DNA of 64,000 nucleotides, from assembly GCA_963759515.1 (NCBI GenBank), contig CAVWZR010000004.1, forward strand, positions 54,674 through 118,673. The letters run 5' to 3'. Source of the stretch: an uncultured Actinomycetota bacterium (GTDB lineage: Bacteria; Actinomycetota; Actinomycetes; Propionibacteriales; Nocardioidaceae). Position numbers and translations under genes: made by a program. Positions 59,286-64,000 of this stretch are shown here, in pieces. How positions within the stretch are numbered: position 1 is the stretch's first letter; each line of letters starts with the position of its first letter. The notes beneath the pieces are model-generated. The model was not told where the DNA came from. It did not search any database and was given only the letters and a program-made list of their open reading frames with translations.

Positions 59286-61058
59286 ATGACCACGCGCCCG
59301 ACGCTGCGCGGCACCTTCGGCATGACCTCGTCCACCCACTGGCTGGCGTCGCAGTCGGCCATGGCGGAGCTCGAGGCCGGTGGCAACGCCTTCGACGCCG
59401 CTGTCGCGGGCGCGTTCGTGCTCCACGTCGTCGAGCCGCACCTGAACGGCCCGGGCGGCGAGGTCCCGGCCGTGTTCGCGACAGCGTCCGACCCGACACC
59501 GGTCGTGCTGTGCGGTCAAGGCACGGCACCCGCGGGCGCGACGATCGAGCACTACCGAGGGCTGGGACTCGACCTCGTGCCCGGGTCGGGTCCGCTGGCT
59601 GCTGCGATCCCCGGCGCGGTCGACGCCTGGCTGATGCTGGGTCGCGACCACGGCACGCGGTCCGTCCGCGACGTGCTCTCCTACGCGAGCGGATACGCCC
59701 GTCACGGCCACCCGCTGCTGCCGCGCGCCGCCTCGACCGTGGCGACCATGGAGCAGATGTTCACCGAGCACTGGCCGACGTCGGGCGCCCAGTGGCTGCC
59801 GCACGGTCGGCTGCCCCGCCCGTGGGAGCTCGTCGTGAACACGGCGTACGCCGACGTCCTCGACCGACTCGTCGCGGCCGGCGAGGCTGCCGGCTCGGAT
59901 CGCGACGCCCAGTACGACGCCGCGCGTCGTGCCTGGCGCGAGGGCTTCGTCGCGGAGGCGGTCGACGCCTTCCAGCGCCGGCCGTTCCAGGACTCGAGTG
60001 GCGAGGCCCATGCGGGCGTGCTGACCGGAGCGGACCTGGCGTCCTGGCAGCCGGCGTACGAGCCGGCGGTCACGCAGTCCTTCCGGGGCTTCGAGGTGGC
60101 CAAGACGAACCTGTGGGGCCAGGGCCCGGTCCTGCTGCAGTCGCTCGCGATGCTGGATCGGCTGCCGGACGACGCGCTCGACCCCTCGACCGTCGACGGC
60201 GCCCATGTGACGACCGAGGTGCTCAAGCTCGCCTTCGCCGACCGCGAGGCGTGGTACGGCGACGGCACCGACGTGTCCGTCGCCGAGCTGCTCGACCCGG
60301 CGTACGTCGAGCAGCGACTCGCGCTCGTCGGCGACACCGCCTCGGCCGAGCTCCGACCCGGCTCGCCGGCCGGGCGGGAGCCGCGTCTCTCCCAGCACGT
60401 GCTGCACGGCTCGTCGGCGCCGGAGGCCGCCGGCCTCGGCGAACCGACCGTGTCGCTGACCGGCGAGACGAAGGGCGACACCTGCCACCTCGACGTGGTC
60501 GACCGCTGGGGCAACATCATCTCGGCGACGCCGAGCGGCGGCTGGCTGCAGAGCTCGCCGACCGTTCCCGAGCTCGGCTTCTGCCTCGGCAGCCGGATGC
60601 AGATGTTCTGGCTCGACGAGGGGCTGCCGTCGTCCCTCGCGCCCGGCCGCCGGCCGCGGACGACGCTCTCGCCCACCCTGGTGCTCCGGGACGGCCGACC
60701 GGTGTACGCCGTGGGCACACCAGGAGGCGACCAGCAGGACCAGTGGCAGCTGGTGTTCCTGCTCCGGCTCCTCGCCGGCGGGCAGGAGCTGCAGGAGGCC
60801 ATCGACGCGCCGATGTTCCACACCGACTCGCTGCCGAGCTCGTTCTACCCGCGCGAGATGAGCCCGGCGTCGCTGGTGGTCGAGGACCGGATGGGCGACG
60901 GGGTGATCGACTCGTTGGCCGCGCGCGGTCACCAGGTCGTGCGCGCCGGCGACTGGATGCTGGGGCGACTCTGCGGTGTCTCGCGTGACCCGGAGACGGG
61001 TCTGCTCGGGGCCGGTGCGAACCCTCGGAGCAACCAGGGCTACGCCTGCGGGCGCTAG
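59286..61058 (+). CDS. Gamma-glutamyltransferase family (Ntn hydrolase)
   Basis: GGNAFDAAVA, VVEPHLNGPGG, nucleophile DTCHLDVVD, GTPGGDQQ. Confidence 0.92.
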   Translation: MTTRPTLRGTFGMTSSTHWLASQSAMAELEAGGNAFDAAVAGAFVLHVVEPHLNGPGGEVPAVFATASDPTPVVLCGQGTAPAGATIEHYRGLGLDLVPGSGPLAAAIPGAVDAWLMLGRDHGTRSVRDVLSYASGYARHGHPLLPRAASTVATMEQMFTEHWPTSGAQWLPHGRLPRPWELVVNTAYADVLDRLVAAGEAAGSDRDAQYDAARRAWREGFVAEAVDAFQRRPFQDSSGEAHAGVLTGADLASWQPAYEPAVTQSFRGFEVAKTNLWGQGPVLLQSLAMLDRLPDDALDPSTVDGAHVTTEVLKLAFADREAWYGDGTDVSVAELLDPAYVEQRLALVGDTASAELRPGSPAGREPRLSQHVLHGSSAPEAAGLGEPTVSLTGETKGDTCHLDVVDRWGNIISATPSGGWLQSSPTVPELGFCLGSRMQMFWLDEGLPSSLAPGRRPRTTLSPTLVLRDGRPVYAVGTPGGDQQDQWQLVFLLRLLAGGQELQEAIDAPMFHTDSLPSSFYPREMSPASLVVEDRMGDGVIDSLAARGHQVVRAGDWMLGRLCGVSRDPETGLLGAGANPRSNQGYACGR

Positions 61059-61771
61059 TCGGACTCCGGCTGGTCCGTCATCCCCGAATGATCGATGGCA
61101 GCGCTCTCCGCGGCGTGCACGTGGTCGCGGGCAGCCTCCTCCGCGGAAGCCGGATCGTGCGCCTCCAGCGCCTCGACCAGCCGGACGTGCTCCTCCCAGG
61201 AGTGAACGGCGCGGTGCGAGGCCCCCAGGCGGAACACCCAGTGGACATGTCGGTACATCGCGGTCGAGAACTGCACGAGCCACCGGTTGCCGGACATCTG
61301 CATGACGGCGTGGTGCAGCGCGCTGTTGAGCTCGGCGACACGGGCGAAGTCGCCGTCGTTGGTGGCGTCGCGGGCGTCGTCGAGCAACCGGCGGAGCCCG
61401 GCGAGCTCGTGGGCGGTCGCCCGCTCCGCGGCGATCCGGGCGGCGAGCGGCTCCAGCACGGCGCGAGCGGCGAACATGTCGCGCATCGTCCGCTCGTCGG
61501 GGGAGGCCACGATCGCACCGCGGCGTGGTTGGAGCTGGATGAAGCCCTCGGCCTCCACGACGCGGAGCGCCTCACGTACGGGGTTGCGCGACACCCCGAA
61601 GTCGGCGGCCAGCCGATCCTCGGTGAGCCGCTCACCCGGTCGGTACTGCGCGTCGATGATCCGCGAGCGGAGCTCGGCCAGCACTTGGTCGCGCAGGCTC
61701 AGATGGCGATCTCCGATGGAGCCACCTGCGATCTCGCCGATGGACACCCGTGGTTCCAGCGGTCGGCTCAC
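61055..61771 (-). CDS. GntR-family regulator (FadR/VanR-type, FCD domain)
   Basis: PGERLTEDRLAADFGVSRNPVREAL, LNSALH, EEH; SD GGAGGTGA. Confidence 0.93.
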   Translation of the reverse strand: MSRPLEPRVSIGEIAGGSIGDRHLSLRDQVLAELRSRIIDAQYRPGERLTEDRLAADFGVSRNPVREALRVVEAEGFIQLQPRRGAIVASPDERTMRDMFAARAVLEPLAARIAAERATAHELAGLRRLLDDARDATNDGDFARVAELNSALHHAVMQMSGNRWLVQFSTAMYRHVHWVFRLGASHRAVHSWEEHVRLVEALEAHDPASAEEAARDHVHAAESAAIDHSGMTDQPESD

Positions 61772-61816
61772 CCCGTCACCTCCCGAGCAGTCGGGGTCGT
61801 CCCGTCTGCCTAGGGA

Positions 61817-61826
61817 CTGTATACGA
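61817..61826 (-). promoter_or_regulatory. GntR-type operator (autoregulatory copy)
   Basis: TCGTATACAG on the minus strand overlapping the candidate -10 TACAGT; shares 9 nt with the 53700 site. Confidence 0.65.
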
Positions 61827-61867
61827 AGAACAACACGCCGGCAGTGCGGGGTCGGCGTACCGTCCGT

Positions 61868-61894
61868 GCAACCTCGGGGCGTCGCCGACTCGTT
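61868..61894 (+). promoter_or_regulatory. ECF sigma promoter
   Basis: GCAACC-N17-CGTT upstream of the ECF sigma gene. Confidence 0.6.
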
Positions 61895-61943
61895 TGGACG
61901 AGTGACCGGCCGATCGGGGAGGCCGCAGACGACGAGGACGGCG

Positions 61944-62465
61944 ATGGCGCGACGGGACGCTGAGGAGTTCACCTCCTTCGTGCTGGGCAGTCAACCCGCG
62001 CTGCGGCGAACGGCGTACCTGATGTGCGGGGACTGGCAGCTGGCCAGCGACCACGTGCAGGAGGCGCTGATGCGCGTGTACCGGCACTGGCCGCGGTTAC
62101 GGGGTGAGGCCCAGGCGCGCTCGTACGCCCGCAAGGCGGTGGTCAGCGTGGTGATCGACGCGAAGCGGCGTCGGTCGAGCACGGAGGTTCCCGTCGACCG
62201 GGTGGTTGACAGCGGTGGCCCGGACGACGCGGAGCGATCGGCGGACCGGGAGCTGCTGACCCGATGCCTGGCGCAGGTGCCGCCTCGGCAGCGGGCCTGC
62301 CTGGTGCTGCGCTACTACGACGACCTGTCGGTGGCCGAGGTGGCGAGCGCGCTGGGGATCTCGGAAGGCACGGTGAAGTCGCAGACCGCACGTGGCTTGG
62401 AGACGTTGCAGGCCGCCTTCGCCCAGGAGACCGATGACGAGCTGCTCGTGAGCGGGAGGGAGTGA
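61944..62465 (+). CDS. ECF RNA polymerase sigma factor (Streptomyces SigE-like family)
   Basis: LRRTAYLMCGDW..A.D.VQ, RQRACLVLRYYDDLS, GTVKSQTARGL. Confidence 0.92.
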   Translation: MARRDAEEFTSFVLGSQPALRRTAYLMCGDWQLASDHVQEALMRVYRHWPRLRGEAQARSYARKAVVSVVIDAKRRRSSTEVPVDRVVDSGGPDDAERSADRELLTRCLAQVPPRQRACLVLRYYDDLSVAEVASALGISEGTVKSQTARGLETLQAAFAQETDDELLVSGRE

Positions 62466-63799
62466 CGATGCCCCGCGACCTGACCGACCTGATGGAGCGC
62501 GCGACGTCGTTCGCGCCTCCGGAGACCCACGACGCCGGTGACATCACCCGCTCGGCGGCGCGGCGGCACCGACGGCGTACGACCGGCATCGCCGGCGGTG
62601 TCGCCGCGGCGGTGCTCATCGCCGCGGCTGCCGGGTACGGAGTGACCCGGGGTCACGCGTCGGACCCGGAGCCCGCGGCGCCGTACCGCTACGGCATGCA
62701 CCAGAAGCTGGCCGACGCCGTGTCATCCGCAGAGGCGAGCGGCTTCCGCGTACTCCCGTACGACGCACCATCCGTGCTCCCGGCGAAGGGCCACTTCAAC
62801 GCATTCGGTGAGTACGCCGACATCGATGACCAGGGCCACCTCATCCACGTCGCCCTCGAGGGGCCCCGCGAGAGCTTCAGGTCCACGCTCGCGTACTCCG
62901 TGCTCGATGGCCCTGGGCAGGCGTCCCGACCGGTGGTCGCTCCTCCCGTCCCGGGTGCCGGCAAGGAGATCCAGGGAGGGCCGTGGACCACCACGTTCAC
63001 GGAGGACGGGCGGATCCTCTGGCGCGGCTCACAGACGGTCGACAACGAGCTCGAGAACGATCGTGTCACCAACGACGACGGCAGCGGTGTTCAGGCGTTC
63101 ACGAGCACGCTGTCGAGCGTCCGCGCCGACACGGTCGTGGGATTTCCCACCGTGCGGGATGTGTGGATCGACGATGGCCGTGCGTACCTGAGCCTCGTCA
63201 CCGCACAGAGCAAGTCGTTGAAGAACCCGACCGAGACGGTCTCGCTCTACCAGCTGGGCGCAGGGTCAGCCCAGCCCCGGGCCGCTGAGCCCTCGGCCGC
63301 CCTGGCGATCGACGTGTCGCACGGCACGGCGGTCTGGATCGACCCGACGGCCACCACGATCCATGCCGAGGATCTGGAGACCGGTGCGCAGCATGTGGTG
63401 CCGATGCCGATCGACGAGGGGTGTCGCATCCCTCCCCGCCAGTCGTACTTCAACGGGGTCCTGAAGCTGCTCAGCACCAACGGTGACCTGGTCGCCCTGA
63501 CCGAGTACTGCGGTGAAGCGACCAGGATCGTCGTCACGGACCTGCGGGGTCGGCTCGTGACCGATGTCGACGCAGGGCCGAAGGGTGGTCTCTACTCGGC
63601 AACGCTCGGCGAACGCACTCTGACCTTTGCCTCGGTCACCGGCTCGACGGTGTGGTACGCCGACGACCTGGTGACCGGACGATTGGTCGCCCTGGGCCGC
63701 GGCGCCATCGACGGTCTGAACAACGAGGCGACCTCGGCAGGGCGCTACGTGCTCTGGTACGACGGAGACGGCGGGCACGTGGGGGAGTTCACCGAGTAG
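62462..63799 (+). CDS. Single-TM protein with a large extracellular domain, putative anti-sigma/sensor
   Basis: Short cytoplasmic N-terminus, RRHRRR + TM helix, beta-rich ectodomain; GTGA-coupled to the sigma gene. Confidence 0.72.
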   Translation: MTMPRDLTDLMERATSFAPPETHDAGDITRSAARRHRRRTTGIAGGVAAAVLIAAAAGYGVTRGHASDPEPAAPYRYGMHQKLADAVSSAEASGFRVLPYDAPSVLPAKGHFNAFGEYADIDDQGHLIHVALEGPRESFRSTLAYSVLDGPGQASRPVVAPPVPGAGKEIQGGPWTTTFTEDGRILWRGSQTVDNELENDRVTNDDGSGVQAFTSTLSSVRADTVVGFPTVRDVWIDDGRAYLSLVTAQSKSLKNPTETVSLYQLGAGSAQPRAAEPSAALAIDVSHGTAVWIDPTATTIHAEDLETGAQHVVPMPIDEGCRIPPRQSYFNGVLKLLSTNGDLVALTEYCGEATRIVVTDLRGRLVTDVDAGPKGGLYSATLGERTLTFASVTGSTVWYADDLVTGRLVALGRGAIDGLNNEATSAGRYVLWYDGDGGHVGEFTE

Positions 63800-63820
63800 G
63801 CGTACGCCAGACTGAAGCGC

Positions 63821-64000
63821 ATGGACATCGTGGACCCCGCCATCAACGACTACCTGGTCGCCCACTCCGAGCCTGCCGACGACGTGCTGCGTGACCTCGC
63901 CGAGGAGACGCACCGCGAGCTCGCGCGCCAGTCCGGGATGCAGATCTCGCACGACGAGGGTGAGCTGCTGACGATGCTGGTCCGGCTGACCGGCGCGCGT
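63821..64000 (+). CDS. O-methyltransferase (COMT/CCoAOMT-like), partial at the window end
   Basis: MDIVDPAINDYLVAHS..DDVLRDLAEET...MQISHDEGELLTMLVRLTGAR. Confidence 0.8.
   Translation, partial: MDIVDPAINDYLVAHSEPADDVLRDLAEETHRELARQSGMQISHDEGELLTMLVRLTGAR

Noticed and set aside
1-64000. Many long alternative-frame and antisense ORFs (e.g. 16074-18614 +, 22066-24480 -, 40403-43096 -, 58974-61283 -)
   Set aside because: Shadow ORFs expected at this high GC. They overlap well-supported genes and show no family motifs.
1-64000. CRISPR array, tRNA, rRNA, transposase, integrase or prophage
   Set aside because: No spacer-separated repeats, cloverleaf-like segments or mobile-element motifs were seen.

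Overview
High-GC actinobacterial chromosome segment whose gene order and codon style suggest Nocardioidaceae (inference). The conserved backbone is folC-DUF4233-ndk-mreBCD-mrdA-rodA-TIGR03960/TIGR03936-rne-rplU-rpmA-obgE-proB-cysteine desulfurase-mnmA-MetE-like, interrupted by many accessory insertions. I found no rRNA, tRNA, CRISPR array or transposase. Four observations stand out. (1) A four-component signalling locus: an active HisKA_3 kinase translationally coupled to a His-less pseudokinase, a NarL regulator and a receiver-only protein, next to an MMPL transporter, with a recurring GTGCGG-N4-CCGCAC box at its promoters. (2) A WhiB7-type promoter, a leaderless 5-codon uORF and mutually exclusive hairpins in front of a TrmH/SpoU RNA methyltransferase. 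(3) A three-gene type VII secretion substrate cassette whose lead protein fuses a YxxxD domain to a WXG domain. (4) A REP-like repeat remnant sitting in frame inside obgE. Seven single-base indels break otherwise intact genes and most likely reflect sequencing error. All family calls come from motif recognition by eye, not database searches.
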